A stretch of DNA of 64,000 bases from Methanocaldococcus sp. 28A (GTDB lineage Archaea; AGJL01; Methanococci; Methanococcales; Methanocaldococcaceae): assembly GCA_049852185.1 (NCBI GenBank), contig CP187540.1. One strand, given 5' to 3'. The notes below the pieces were generated by a model. The model saw only the letters and a program-made list of their open reading frames with translations, made no database searches and was not told the origin of the DNA. Positions 1 through 10,733 of the stretch are shown in pieces. How positions within the stretch are numbered: the stretch's first letter is position 1; every line of letters starts with the position of its first letter. Position numbers and translations under genes: made by a program.

Positions 1-730
1 TGGCAATATCTTTGGCTGAATCATCAAATGTTGCCTCGTGAATTAATACATCACATCTTAATTCATTTAAATATTCCCCAAAATCTTCTAATGGAAGAGT
101 ATCTCCACTATAAGCTAAACAAAATCCTTTTTTTGGAGGTAATAAAACATCTTCTGGTTTTATGATTTCTCCATGAATATTTTTAACTGTCTCTCCATTT
201 TTTAGTTTTTTTAAATCAGGCCCTATTTTAACTCCAAGCTTTTTAGCTTTCTCAATATCTAAACGAGGTTTTTTAATTTCTTTAAATATATAAGCGTAAG
301 AAGGAATGCCATGTTCAGTAGGATAGGCAATTATCTCATAATTTTCTTGCTGATAAATATTTATAGGTTTTTTAGTAGAAATCTCATAAACTTTTATTGG
401 AAATTCTATATAATGAGTTCCAAGCTTTAATGAACTTTTAATAATATCCTTTGTTCCTTCAGGACCAAATATATTAATTTCCTTATTTCTTCCAAAAAAT
501 CCCATACTCTGTAAAAGTCCAGGAATACCCAATATATGGTCTCCATGTAGATGTGTTATAAATATATGATTAATTTTCATTGGAGATATTTCAGTAAAAA
601 GCATCTGTCTTTGGATATTTTCACCACAATCAAATAAAAAAACCTCTCCTCCAAATTTAAATGCTATTCCAATATGATTCCTATTTTTTGATGGAACTGC
701 CGCTCCAGTTCCTAAGAATACCAATTTCAT
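1..730 (-). CDS. rnz: Ribonuclease Z (3' end outside window)
   Basis: Not in ORF track; manual translation MKLVFLGTGAAVPSKNRNH...FDCGE...ITHLHGDH, later YSGDTLP and LIHEATF metallo-beta-lactamase motifs. Confidence 0.95.
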   Translation of the reverse strand, partial: MKLVFLGTGAAVPSKNRNHIGIAFKFGGEVFLFDCGENIQRQMLFTEISPMKINHIFITHLHGDHILGIPGLLQSMGFFGRNKEINIFGPEGTKDIIKSSLKLGTHYIEFPIKVYEISTKKPINIYQQENYEIIAYPTEHGIPSYAYIFKEIKKPRLDIEKAKKLGVKIGPDLKKLKNGETVKNIHGEIIKPEDVLLPPKKGFCLAYSGDTLPLEDFGEYLNELRCDVLIHEATFDDSAKDIA

Positions 731-745
731 AATAATCATCTTATA

Positions 746-1141
746 TTATTCTATATTTTCCAAATATTCCTTAACAACATCTTCAAATTCCAGCCCATCT
801 ACCCATTTTTTCATACTGTTGCACCAATCTTCTATGGTCTCATTTATAATCTTTTTTGTTTCTTCAAATGGAATTGCCTCGTAAATATAGTAATATCCTC
901 CATCTTTTATATTCACCTGCTTTCTTTTAACTAAACCTACATTCATTAAATTTTGGACAGACCTTTGAACTGTACTTCTATCTCTGTTAATTCTCTCAGC
1001 AATATCATTTATTTTTGATGGTCCGTTTTTTAAAATATCAAAATACACTTTAACATCAGAAACTTTTATACCAAAAACACATGCCATTAAACTATCAAAC
1101 GTCCACGTTGTACATGGTGTTTTTAATAAAAGTTTGTTCAT
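746..1141 (-). CDS. Winged-helix transcriptional regulator (TrmB-like HTH)
   Basis: INDIAERINRDRSTVQRSVQNL HTH followed by GLVKR...GGYYYIY wing. Confidence 0.8.
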   Translation of the reverse strand: MNKLLLKTPCTTWTFDSLMACVFGIKVSDVKVYFDILKNGPSKINDIAERINRDRSTVQRSVQNLMNVGLVKRKQVNIKDGGYYYIYEAIPFEETKKIINETIEDWCNSMKKWVDGLEFEDVVKEYLENIE

Positions 1142-1200
1142 GTTATCACCTTCATGGTCGTGGCATTGACATTAACTAACAATATCCTTATATTTAAAGA

Positions 1201-2301
1201 TTATCTTTTAATACTCTTTATAAGAATTTTAATAATCCTCTTTCCACTATTCCCATCTCCAAATGGATTTTCCCAATTTCTCTCTTTATTGAGCATTATT
1301 TCTACTGCTTTAATTAGCTTTTCTTTATTATCTCCAACTAATATATTTGCTCCAACTTCAACAGTTTCAGGTCTTTCAGTATTATCTCTAAAAGTTATAC
1401 ATGGAGTTTTTAATATACAAGCTTCTTCTTGAACTCCTCCACTATCCGTTAAAATTAAATCAGCATTTTTCTCTAATATTAAAAATTCCAAATAACCAAT
1501 TGGCTCAATAATTTTTATTTTTTTATTACTTTTTAGTTTATTAAATAAATTAAACTCCTTAAGTCTTTTCTTAGTTCTCGGATGGATTGGAAAAATAATA
1601 TCTTTATCATATATTTCAGTTATCTTAAATATTCCATTTATGATATTTTTTAACCTTTTTTTATTATCGACATTTTCAGCCCTATGTAACGTTAAAAGAA
1701 AATAATTATCATCAATAATACTATTAAAAAAAGCAATAGCATTTTCATTTTTTTCAGCAATTTTTAAATTTTGTAATGTAGCATCTACAATAGTATTTCC
1801 AACAACAAATATTTTATTTTCTTCAATACCCTCTCTTAATAAATTATTTTTAGCTTTTTCAGTAGGGGCAAAAAGATAATCGCTAATATGGTCAGTTAAA
1901 ACTCTATTTATTTCTTCAGGCATGTTTCTATCAAAACTTCTTAATCCAGCTTCAACATGAGCTATATTTATTTTTAATTTTGAAGCCACTAATGCCCCTG
2001 CAAGTGTAGTGTTTGTATCCCCCTGAACTATAACAATATCTGGATTTTCTTTTAAAAGAACCTCTTCCATTCCTATTAACATCTTTCCTGTTTGTTGAGC
2101 ATGAGTTCCAGAGCCTACATTTAAATTATATTTTGGTTTTGGTAAATTTAGCTCCTCAAAAAATATTTTATCCATATTTTCAGAATAATGTTGATTAGTA
2201 TGGATAATGTGCCAATTTAAATCCTTATTTTCCAATCCTCTAATGATTGGTGAGAGTTTTATAATCTCTGGTCTCGTCCCTAAAATTATTGAGAGTTTCA
2301 T
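1201..2301 (-). CDS. wecB: UDP-N-acetylglucosamine 2-epimerase (non-hydrolysing)
   Basis: GTRPEIIK, HTNQHY, VQGDT, HVEAGLRS, TDSGGVQEEA, TERPE motifs. Confidence 0.95.
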   Translation of the reverse strand: MKLSIILGTRPEIIKLSPIIRGLENKDLNWHIIHTNQHYSENMDKIFFEELNLPKPKYNLNVGSGTHAQQTGKMLIGMEEVLLKENPDIVIVQGDTNTTLAGALVASKLKINIAHVEAGLRSFDRNMPEEINRVLTDHISDYLFAPTEKAKNNLLREGIEENKIFVVGNTIVDATLQNLKIAEKNENAIAFFNSIIDDNYFLLTLHRAENVDNKKRLKNIINGIFKITEIYDKDIIFPIHPRTKKRLKEFNLFNKLKSNKKIKIIEPIGYLEFLILEKNADLILTDSGGVQEEACILKTPCITFRDNTERPETVEVGANILVGDNKEKLIKAVEIMLNKERNWENPFGDGNSGKRIIKILIKSIKR

Positions 2302-2302
2302 T

Positions 2303-4642
2303 TTATCCCTCATATTTTGCTGTTAAAACTTCTCTAATCTTCTTAGCTCTCTCTTTTCCAACACCTTCAACTTTCATTAATTCCTCTTCTTTTGCTGTAA
2401 ATACATTTTCAACTGTTTTAAAGTGCTTTAATAACCTCTCAGCTAAAGCTCCACCAACATCTGGCAAACTCTCAACAATGAATTTTTGCTGTTCTTTTAA
2501 GCTCATAGTGGTTTTTCCATATCTTACCATAACAGCTCTTTTTTCTTTTATTTGCTCTTTCTCAGCAATCTTTATTAATAAATCAGCTGTTTCTTCAGCA
2601 TTTTTTGTAAATATTATTGGAATACCAAAGTCAAAGATTATTGACAAAATAGCTCCTTTAATAGCATTTTCATGCAATCTACTAAAGCTTTCCCCCTCAA
2701 TTATTAACAATGGCTTTTCAACTTTTTTTAAATTTTTTAACTGGTTAAATAACCTCTTATCAATTATTGAATTTACAAAGTCATCAACAGTTTTTCTCTC
2801 AACAACTACTCTATCACTCAAAATATAATCTCCAACTTCTAAGGTTTTTAACTCAACATCAGCATAGTTATGTAAAAGTTTAGCCATATTTTTTTCTCTA
2901 ACATCTACAATAATTTTTATTGGCTTTTTTGTAATTCTTAGTTCTTGGTTTATTCTACTTTCTTCTTTTGATTTTTCTTTAGTTTTTATCTGTTTAATGA
3001 AGTCCAATATTGTTACTGGCTTTTTAGTTTTTTCATTCTCTTCTTTTATTTCAGTTTTTGAAATTGTATTTTTTTCTTCAGATTCTATGTTTTCTTTTTC
3101 TTTTATATTTTCTTTAGATTTTTCTTCATTTTCTCCTAATTTTTTCTGTAATCTTTTGTTTATCAAATAGCACATATTTTTTAATAACCTCTTCATTTCC
3201 CTCTCTTTATACAAAGCACTTCTGTAATATGCTTCATCAGCGGTTCCCTTAGCTATTAAAACATAAACTTTCCCTCCTTCACCTCTCATCGCTCTACCTC
3301 TTCTTTGAATAAACCTAATCTCTGAAGGAACAGGCTCGTAAAATATGATATAATTTACTGTTGGAATGTCAATTCCTTCTTCAGAAACGCTTGTTGATAC
3401 TAAAACACTTCCTTCTATTTTAAATTTCTCTATTGCCTCTATTTGTTGTTTTTGTGTCATTCCTTTACCTTCTTTATTTGCTTGACCAATAAATCTTATA
3501 GCTTTAATCCCATTTTGAGTTAAAAGATTAACTATCTTCTCTACAGTATCCCTATATTGAGCAAAAATTATAATTCTTTCATCTTTATTCTTTTGTAGAA
3601 TATATCTAACTAAATCAACAACTTTATTTAATTTTGGATGGTCAACATTAGATTTCATTAAAAGAGAAACTGCTTCCCTAACTTTCTCATCATTAACAAT
3701 AGATTTAGCAGATTTTGTTCTCTGCATGGATAATTTATTTACATAATTTAAAAATACACCCTTTCCCTGACTTTCTAATAACTCTTTGGCATGCATAAGT
3801 TTTAAAGCCTCTGAACAAACCCTTATAAGTTCATATCTTATCTCTTCATCATAAGAAAATAGTTTAGAATTTAACTCAATAAGTTCTGTTTTTGTTACAT
3901 TAGTAATAGAATTTATAACTCCAAAATCTTTTAATGTTTTCAATCTCTCCTTTAATGCTTCATTTATTAACTTTAACGCTTTTTTAAAATCTTCTGGTAA
4001 ATCTACTCTAATAGGAATTAACCTTACCTTGGCAATGTAGGGCTTTACATCTTCGTCATCTTCAGTTCTAACTTCAATATGCTCAATTCCTAAGTTTTCA
4101 CATATTTCCATTACTTTATCTATATCTGAGCCAGGTGATGCTGTTAATCCTAAAATATGGCATTTATCTTTAAATTTTTTTGCTACAAAGGCATAGGCAT
4201 GGTCTCCAACTGTGTGATGAGCTTCATCGGCTATTAACAAAACAAAGTCATCTATATTTATTCTTCCAGCGATGATATCATTTTCTATAACTTGGGGGGT
4301 AGCAATAAATATTTTGCCATTTTTATAGAGCTCAGCTCTTTTCTTTGGAGGGATTTTTCCAGTTAAAGCAATTATTTTGCCTTCATCAATATTTAAAACT
4401 TCTTTTAACCTATTATAATGTTGCTCTACTAATGGTCTTGTAGGAGCTAAAAATAAAACCTTCCCATCTTTTTTTGTTAATATACCTGCAATAACTAATA
4501 TTGCTATGGCTGTTTTCCCTAAACCTGTTGATAAAACACATAAAGTTTTTTTCTTTAAAGCATTTGCCGCTATAATCTGCTGATATAACCTTGCCTCTAA
4601 AGTTTTTGGTTTTATTAGTGGATGTTCAATATACATAACCAT
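2303..4642 (-). CDS. hef: Hef helicase-nuclease (SF2 DEAH + ERCC4 nuclease + HhH)
   Basis: TGLGKT, DEAHH, TASPG, QRRGR; C-terminal GDY..ERKT ERCC4 motif and LPDVG/VEGVG HhH pair. Confidence 0.93.
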   Translation of the reverse strand: MVMYIEHPLIKPKTLEARLYQQIIAANALKKKTLCVLSTGLGKTAIAILVIAGILTKKDGKVLFLAPTRPLVEQHYNRLKEVLNIDEGKIIALTGKIPPKKRAELYKNGKIFIATPQVIENDIIAGRINIDDFVLLIADEAHHTVGDHAYAFVAKKFKDKCHILGLTASPGSDIDKVMEICENLGIEHIEVRTEDDEDVKPYIAKVRLIPIRVDLPEDFKKALKLINEALKERLKTLKDFGVINSITNVTKTELIELNSKLFSYDEEIRYELIRVCSEALKLMHAKELLESQGKGVFLNYVNKLSMQRTKSAKSIVNDEKVREAVSLLMKSNVDHPKLNKVVDLVRYILQKNKDERIIIFAQYRDTVEKIVNLLTQNGIKAIRFIGQANKEGKGMTQKQQIEAIEKFKIEGSVLVSTSVSEEGIDIPTVNYIIFYEPVPSEIRFIQRRGRAMRGEGGKVYVLIAKGTADEAYYRSALYKEREMKRLLKNMCYLINKRLQKKLGENEEKSKENIKEKENIESEEKNTISKTEIKEENEKTKKPVTILDFIKQIKTKEKSKEESRINQELRITKKPIKIIVDVREKNMAKLLHNYADVELKTLEVGDYILSDRVVVERKTVDDFVNSIIDKRLFNQLKNLKKVEKPLLIIEGESFSRLHENAIKGAILSIIFDFGIPIIFTKNAEETADLLIKIAEKEQIKEKRAVMVRYGKTTMSLKEQQKFIVESLPDVGGALAERLLKHFKTVENVFTAKEEELMKVEGVGKERAKKIREVLTAKYEG

Positions 4643-4671
4643 CCAACTCTTTAAATTTCTATTACAGTATA

Positions 4672-4849
4672 GGACTTTTGCAGTTTATAGTTGTGTGCAA
4701 AATGAAATAAACTTTAAAAAGGAAATTTTGAATGCCTTCCTTATGGAGTATTCATTAATACCTTATTTTAATTAAGATAGTTTTGCACATAACTATATAT
4801 GCTCTTTAAGTTGTTAGATGCCTTAAAAAATTTATTCCTGCAAAAGTCC
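4672..4849. repeat. Nested palindromic repeats: GGACTTTTGCAG...CTGCAAAAGTCC element containing an ATAGTTGTGTGCAAAA...TTTTGCACATAACTAT element (4687-4796)
   Basis: Two pairs of terminal inverted repeats, each recurring elsewhere in the window. Confidence 0.85.
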
Positions 4850-4880
4850 GAATGATGGGAAGATATTTAGTTTATTTATT

Positions 4881-5462
4881 TTATTTAGTTAACTCATCTA
4901 ACCTATTTGCCCACCTCATTAAAATTTCTCTTGCTTTTTTAAGTTTAGAATTACTATAATCCAATAAAAACTTTAAATAATTATTATCCACAAATATATT
5001 TCCATCTTCACCTATTGGAGCATCTACCTTATAGGTTGTTAAAATTTCAACAATAACCCTTTTCTCTGAAACTGACTTTATTGAAGAAGCTTTTAATCCA
5101 GAGTGTATGGCTAATTCAAGCATCTTTTTTGCAGAATCAATGTCTTTACATGCAATATGCAATATAGGAGAGTTCATAACAAAAACTAAATAACCTTCTT
5201 TTCTCTCTTTTAATGCATCAAACATCTCATCATAAGTAGCGTAGTGATGCCATTTTCCAAGCCATCTCGAATACAGCTTTGGATTTTTATCTTTTGGAAT
5301 TTCCATTATTCCTACTCTGCCAATACAACTTGAGGTTGTATAATAATTCTCAAGCTCATTAATTTTATTTAATATTGGAATTATCTCTTCATCAACCAAA
5401 CCTTCTCTTATAGCAAGCTCTAAATTCATTAATGTCCTCTTTTTATCATCTAAAAATCCCAT
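4881..5462 (-). CDS. taw3: tRNA wyosine derivatives methyltransferase Taw3 (Tyw3)
   Basis: YYTTSSCIGR, KWHH, PILHIAC, SGLKASSI motifs. Confidence 0.9.
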   Translation of the reverse strand: MGFLDDKKRTLMNLELAIREGLVDEEIIPILNKINELENYYTTSSCIGRVGIMEIPKDKNPKLYSRWLGKWHHYATYDEMFDALKERKEGYLVFVMNSPILHIACKDIDSAKKMLELAIHSGLKASSIKSVSEKRVIVEILTTYKVDAPIGEDGNIFVDNNYLKFLLDYSNSKLKKAREILMRWANRLDELTK

Positions 5463-5583
5463 AATACCACTTATGATTACTTTAGTAATAACAAATAAAT
5501 AAAGCAAAAAGTTTTTAAATCCCTTCTATGTCAAATCAACATTAAAAAATAATATTAAAATAATTATTAGGTTCTACCAAAAT

Positions 5584-8500
5584 GTGGTGTTATTTATGAT
5601 ACCAATGATATATAAAGAGATGTGCCCAAACTGTAGAGGGGAGATAACAAGTGAAAGGTTAGAAATTGGAGTTTGTGAAAAATGTTTAAAAGAAGAAAAT
5701 GTCTTTGAAAAATTGGAGTTATGTAAAAAACTTAGGGAAGAAAAAACCCTAAATAACTTAAAAAATTACTGTATTATGTGGAATGAATTTAAAGAATTTG
5801 AAGGATTTGTAAAAGATTTAGGATTTGAACTTTTAAGCATACAAAAGATGTGGGCAAAAAGAGTTTTAAAAAACAAAAGTTTTTCAATCGTTGCACCAAC
5901 AGGTGTAGGGAAGAGTTTCTTTGGTATATTAATGAGCTTATTTTTAGCTAAAAAAGGAAAAAAATGCTATATAATTCTGCCTACAACACTCTTAGTTAAA
6001 CAAACGTATGAAAAAATGTTATCTCTAATAGAGAAAAATAAATTAAACATTAAGGTAGTTGCATATCATTCAGAACTATCAACAAAGGAAAAGAAAGATG
6101 TAAAGGAGAGAGTTGAGAATAACGATTATGATATACTAATAACAACATCCAATTTTTTAGCAAAAAACACTCCAAGTATGAAATTTGACTTTATATTCGT
6201 TGATGATGTTGATGCTCTATTAAAAGCTTCAAAAAACATTGATAGAACTCTGAAGTTGTTAGGATTTAATGAAGAGATTATAAATGAAGCATATAAAATT
6301 ATCTATCTAATAAAAATTGGAAAAATAGATGATGCATTAAAAAAGAGAGAAATTTTAAAGGAAAAATTAGAAAAAATAAAACATGGTTGTTTAATAATTG
6401 CCTCTGCAACTGGAAAAAGTTATGGAGATAGAGTTAAACTCTATAGAGAACTTTTGAATTTTGAAATTGGATTTGGAATGAATAAGCTTAGAGATGTTGT
6501 AGATATTTATGATGAAGAATTCAGCAAAGAAAAAATATTGGAATATATAAAATTGTTTGGTAGTGGGGGGATTGTTTTTATTTCAATTGATTATGGTATT
6601 GAAAAAGCGCAAGAAATTGAGAAATTCCTATTAGAAAACAATATTAAAGCAAAATTAATTCATTCAAAAGATAAAAAAGGATTTGATGATTTTAGAAATG
6701 GAGAGATAGATGTTTTAATTGGTGTAGCTTCATACTATGGAGTTTTGGTTAGAGGCTTAGATATACCTGAAAGAGTTAGATATGCCATATTTTATGGAAT
6801 TCCAAAGTTTAAAATTAAACTAAAGGAATATATCAACAATTTAAAAGAGAAAGGAGAGTTGAAGGAAGATATTGACATTGAAGGAAAAACAGAAGAAGAA
6901 ATTAGGCAAATAATTACAGAAAAATTAAAAATAAAGAATTTTTCACTTAGAAAAGAAGATAACGAATATCTATTATTAATCCCTGATGTAAAAACCTATA
7001 TTCAAGCTTCTGGAAGAACATCAAGGATGACAGAGTTTGGTTTAACTAAAGGAGCCAGTATTGTATTGGTGGATGAGAAAGAGATTTTTGAATACTTCAA
7101 AAAATACATGTTGTTTATGTATGAAAGTGAATTTAAAAAGATTGACGAAATAAACTTAGAGGAATTAATTAAAGAGATTGATGAAATTAGGGAAAAGATA
7201 AAATTAGGTAGAGCTAAGGGAAAAGTTCCCGATTTATTAAAATCTGTATTAATGATTGTAGAAAGTCCTAATAAGGCAAGAACAATAGCTAATTTCTTTG
7301 GAAAGCCTTCTGTCAGAAAAATAAACAACAGAAATGTTTATGAGGTTTGTGTTGGAGATTTAAACTTAATTATAACTGCAAGTGGGGGGCATGTATTTGA
7401 TTTAGTTACAAAAGAGGGCTTTTATGGTGTCAAGATAGAAAATAACGTATATATTCCAATATATACATCAATTAAAAAAGTAAATGGAGAGCAATTTACA
7501 GACCAAAAAGATATTGAAGAGTTAATAAAGCAATTAATTGAAAGAGGAGAGAAAGTAAATGCAATAGATGCAAAGGAGAATATAGAAATTATTAGAGAGA
7601 TAGCAGATGAAGTTGATGCTATATTTATAGCAACGGATATTGATACAGAAGGGGAGAAAATAGGTTATGATATAGCCATAAATGCCCTTCCATTTAATAA
7701 AAACATCTATAGAGTAGGATTTAATGAAATTACAAAGAGGGCTATATTAAAGGCAGTAGAATCATTTAAAAAAGGAGAAAAATTAGAGTTAGATGAAAAT
7801 AAAGTTAAAGGTCAAATAGTTAGGAGGATAGAGGATAGGTGGATTGGATTTAGATTAAGTCAAAAATTATGGGAGGTATTTAATAAACATTACCTCTCAG
7901 CTGGTAGAGTTCAAACTCCTGTCTTAGGATGGATTATAGAGAGATACAACGAACATAAAATAAAAGTTCCTTATTTATCTTTAAAATTAGAAAATGATAT
8001 CTACATTGGAAAGGTTTGGGAAAAAGAATTTGATAAAGATGAAGTTGAAGTTGAAGTAAATATCTATGAGAAAGAAATTCCTCCATTACCACCATTTACA
8101 ACAGATACACTTTTAGAGGAGGCTACAAAGAGATTCGGGTTAGGTGCAGATGAAGTAATGGCTATAGCCCAAGAGCTGTTTGAATTGGGATTGTGTTTAA
8201 CACCAGACACTTACGTTGTATTGGGAGATGGAAGAATTGAAACAATTGAAGATATTGTTAATACTCAAGAAGGAAATATTTTATCGTTAGATTTAGATGA
8301 TTTATCAATAAAGAAAGACATTGCTACAAAATTCTGGAAATTGATGTACACTGGAAATCTAAGAAAAATTGTATTATCAAATAATTATGAGATAAAAGCA
8401 ACTCCCGACCACCACTTATTGGTTTTAAGAGATAATCAATTGAAATGGGTCCCTGCAAAAGATATTAAAGAAAATGATTACATTGCAATGCCTTTTAACT

Positions 8501-10440
8501 ACAAAGTTGATAGAAAACCAATATCATTATTGAATCTTTTGAAATATTTAGATATTACTGATGTTTTAATTGAGTTTGACGAGAATTCAAGAATATTTGA
8601 AAAAATAGAAGAATTTATTAGGAAAAATATCAAAACAAGTACAAAATATAAGTATCTTAGAAATAAAAGAGTTCCATTAAAGTATTTGATAGAATGGAAC
8701 TTTAATTTAGATGAGGTTGAAAAGGAAGCAAAGTATATATACAAAAGTGTTGCAGGCACTAAAAAAATTCCATTATTTAAATTAGATGAAAGGTTTTGGT
8801 ATTTTGTAGGTTTAGTTTTAGGTGATGGGTCTATTCAAAATAGCAAAATTAAGATTGCACAAACTCCACTAAAAGATGTTAAAACTATATTGGATGAAAC
8901 ATTCCCATTCTTACACAGTTGGATTTCTGGAAATCAAGTAAATATTTCAAATCCAATCATTGCAGAAATTTTAAGAAAATTAGGAACAAGAGAAGGAAAA
9001 TTAAATGGAATAATATTCTCTCTTCCAGAAAACTATGTTAATGCACTAATTGCTGGTTACTTTGATACTGATGGATGTTTCTCATTACTGTATAACAAAA
9101 ATGTTAAAAAACATAATTTAAGAATGCTTCTAACCTCAAAAAGAAAAGAAATTTTAGAAAAGATAGGTATTTACTTAAACTCAATTGGTATCTTAAACAG
9201 ATTGCATAAAGATAAAAATGGAATTTACTCCTTAATAATAAGCAATAAATCATTAGAAACCTTTAAGGAGAAAATTGCCAAATATCTAAGAATTAGAAAA
9301 GAAGCATTTGAGAGAGGGTATAAAACATATAGAGAAGAACATGGGGAAGGATTTGGATGTGATTTATTACCAGTAAAAGAAATATTTGAAAAATTAATAT
9401 TCAAAAAAGGAAGAAATTATATACTAAAAGATAGTAAGATATACATTGAAAATTGGTATAAAGAAAAGACAAACAATATTCCAAGAAAAAAATTAAAGAC
9501 AGTTTTAAAATATGTAAATAACTCAGAATATAAAGAGTTTTTAGAAAAAATTATTAATGGGGACATATCATTTGTTAGGGTTAAAAAGGTAGAAGATATT
9601 TTCTATAATGGATATGTTTATGACCTAACCGTTAAAAATAACCAAAACTTTATATCAAATGGAATTATTTCACATAACTGCACATACCACAGAACCTCCT
9701 CTACAAGAGTTTCATTAGATGGAATGAGAGTGGCAAGAGAGTATTTAAAGCTAAATAATTTGGAAGATTATTTAAAAAATAGAGAGTATTTTATGGAAGG
9801 AGCTCATGAATGTATAAGACCTACAAAACCAATGGATACTGAAGAGCTTATAGAGTTTTTAAAGGAAAATAATATAAAATTAACTAAAAATCATATAAAA
9901 GTTTATGATTTGATATTTAAAAGGTTTATTGCATCTCAAATGAAAGAAGCTGTTGTAGATTATGAAGAAATTTACATAAAAGATTTGGATGAAAAAGTTG
10001 AGGGCTATGTAGATATAAAGTTTGATGGATGGAGCAGAATTTATAATTTAAAGCTAAAAAAACTTCCAAAGATTGAGAAAAACTCTTTAAAAATATTAGA
10101 GAAAAAAATTAGAAAAATTCCAAAAGTTCCATTATATGATGAAGGAGAAGTTGTTAAGTTAATGAAAGAGAGAGGTATTGGAAGACCATCAACCTATGCT
10201 CAAATTATTAAAAAGTTGTTAGATAGAGGCTATGTTATAAAAAGTAAAGATAAAAATAAGCTAATTCCAACAAAATTGGGAATTGAAGTTTATAATTATC
10301 TAATAAATAATTATCCTCACTTAATATCAGAGGAGAGAACAAGAGAGTTAGAGGAAATTATGGACAAAATTGAAAATGGGGATGTTGATTATTTGGAAGT
10401 GCTAAAAGCTTTATATGAAGAGATTTTGAGTATAGTATAA
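5584..10440 (+). CDS. rgy: Reverse gyrase precursor with intein
   Basis: N-terminal CPNC/CEKC Zn finger, APTGVGKS, DDVD helicase-like domain, Toprim ESPNKA and ATDIDTEGE, SAGRVQTP, TYHRT catalytic Tyr. Confidence 0.97.
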   Translation: MVLFMIPMIYKEMCPNCRGEITSERLEIGVCEKCLKEENVFEKLELCKKLREEKTLNNLKNYCIMWNEFKEFEGFVKDLGFELLSIQKMWAKRVLKNKSFSIVAPTGVGKSFFGILMSLFLAKKGKKCYIILPTTLLVKQTYEKMLSLIEKNKLNIKVVAYHSELSTKEKKDVKERVENNDYDILITTSNFLAKNTPSMKFDFIFVDDVDALLKASKNIDRTLKLLGFNEEIINEAYKIIYLIKIGKIDDALKKREILKEKLEKIKHGCLIIASATGKSYGDRVKLYRELLNFEIGFGMNKLRDVVDIYDEEFSKEKILEYIKLFGSGGIVFISIDYGIEKAQEIEKFLLENNIKAKLIHSKDKKGFDDFRNGEIDVLIGVASYYGVLVRGLDIPERVRYAIFYGIPKFKIKLKEYINNLKEKGELKEDIDIEGKTEEEIRQIITEKLKIKNFSLRKEDNEYLLLIPDVKTYIQASGRTSRMTEFGLTKGASIVLVDEKEIFEYFKKYMLFMYESEFKKIDEINLEELIKEIDEIREKIKLGRAKGKVPDLLKSVLMIVESPNKARTIANFFGKPSVRKINNRNVYEVCVGDLNLIITASGGHVFDLVTKEGFYGVKIENNVYIPIYTSIKKVNGEQFTDQKDIEELIKQLIERGEKVNAIDAKENIEIIREIADEVDAIFIATDIDTEGEKIGYDIAINALPFNKNIYRVGFNEITKRAILKAVESFKKGEKLELDENKVKGQIVRRIEDRWIGFRLSQKLWEVFNKHYLSAGRVQTPVLGWIIERYNEHKIKVPYLSLKLENDIYIGKVWEKEFDKDEVEVEVNIYEKEIPPLPPFTTDTLLEEATKRFGLGADEVMAIAQELFELGLCLTPDTYVVLGDGRIETIEDIVNTQEGNILSLDLDDLSIKKDIATKFWKLMYTGNLRKIVLSNNYEIKATPDHHLLVLRDNQLKWVPAKDIKENDYIAMPFNYKVDRKPISLLNLLKYLDITDVLIEFDENSRIFEKIEEFIRKNIKTSTKYKYLRNKRVPLKYLIEWNFNLDEVEKEAKYIYKSVAGTKKIPLFKLDERFWYFVGLVLGDGSIQNSKIKIAQTPLKDVKTILDETFPFLHSWISGNQVNISNPIIAEILRKLGTREGKLNGIIFSLPENYVNALIAGYFDTDGCFSLLYNKNVKKHNLRMLLTSKRKEILEKIGIYLNSIGILNRLHKDKNGIYSLIISNKSLETFKEKIAKYLRIRKEAFERGYKTYREEHGEGFGCDLLPVKEIFEKLIFKKGRNYILKDSKIYIENWYKEKTNNIPRKKLKTVLKYVNNSEYKEFLEKIINGDISFVRVKKVEDIFYNGYVYDLTVKNNQNFISNGIISHNCTYHRTSSTRVSLDGMRVAREYLKLNNLEDYLKNREYFMEGAHECIRPTKPMDTEELIEFLKENNIKLTKNHIKVYDLIFKRFIASQMKEAVVDYEEIYIKDLDEKVEGYVDIKFDGWSRIYNLKLKKLPKIEKNSLKILEKKIRKIPKVPLYDEGEVVKLMKERGIGRPSTYAQIIKKLLDRGYVIKSKDKNKLIPTKLGIEVYNYLINNYPHLISEERTRELEEIMDKIENGDVDYLEVLKALYEEILSIV
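8194..9678 (+). mobile_element. Intein (495 aa) with LAGLIDADG homing endonuclease
   Basis: Begins CLTPDTYV, ATPDHH block B, LVLGDG and AGYFDTDG endonuclease motifs, ends ISHN followed by Cys; removal restores ELGL-CTYHRT. Confidence 0.95.
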
Positions 10441-10464
10441 TCTTATTTTTTACCATAAATTGTT

Positions 10465-10502
10465 GCTAAGAAAGCACCGCCCTTTGGGGTGGAGAGCAGT
10501 CA
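10465..10502 (+). mobile_element. IS200/IS605-type right-end remnant
   Basis: GCTAAGAAAGCACCGCCCTTTGGGGTGGAGAGCAGTCA: GC hairpin CCGCCC-TTTG-GGGTGG ending in GTCA, resembling tnpB right ends; no tnpB adjacent. Confidence 0.5.
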
Positions 10503-10733
10503 TCTAATACTTATCATTAAGATTAGTTTTATATCTTCCTGTGTCTGTACATATTAATTTAATCTCTATCATAATAACTTCGCAAAAAATTTTAGGTATG
10601 CCACAACAACCTAATACCCACATAAAATTTTTATATCAAATTGACAGAAATCATCGCCTAAATTTTTTGTCTTTATAAAAATAATAAGTAACCTATGAAT
10701 TATGATGGTTTAATTGTTCATAGATATTTAAAT

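Noticed and set aside
8194-9678. Reverse gyrase intein as a novelty
   Set aside because: An intein in reverse gyrase is already known from M. jannaschii; motifs are canonical.
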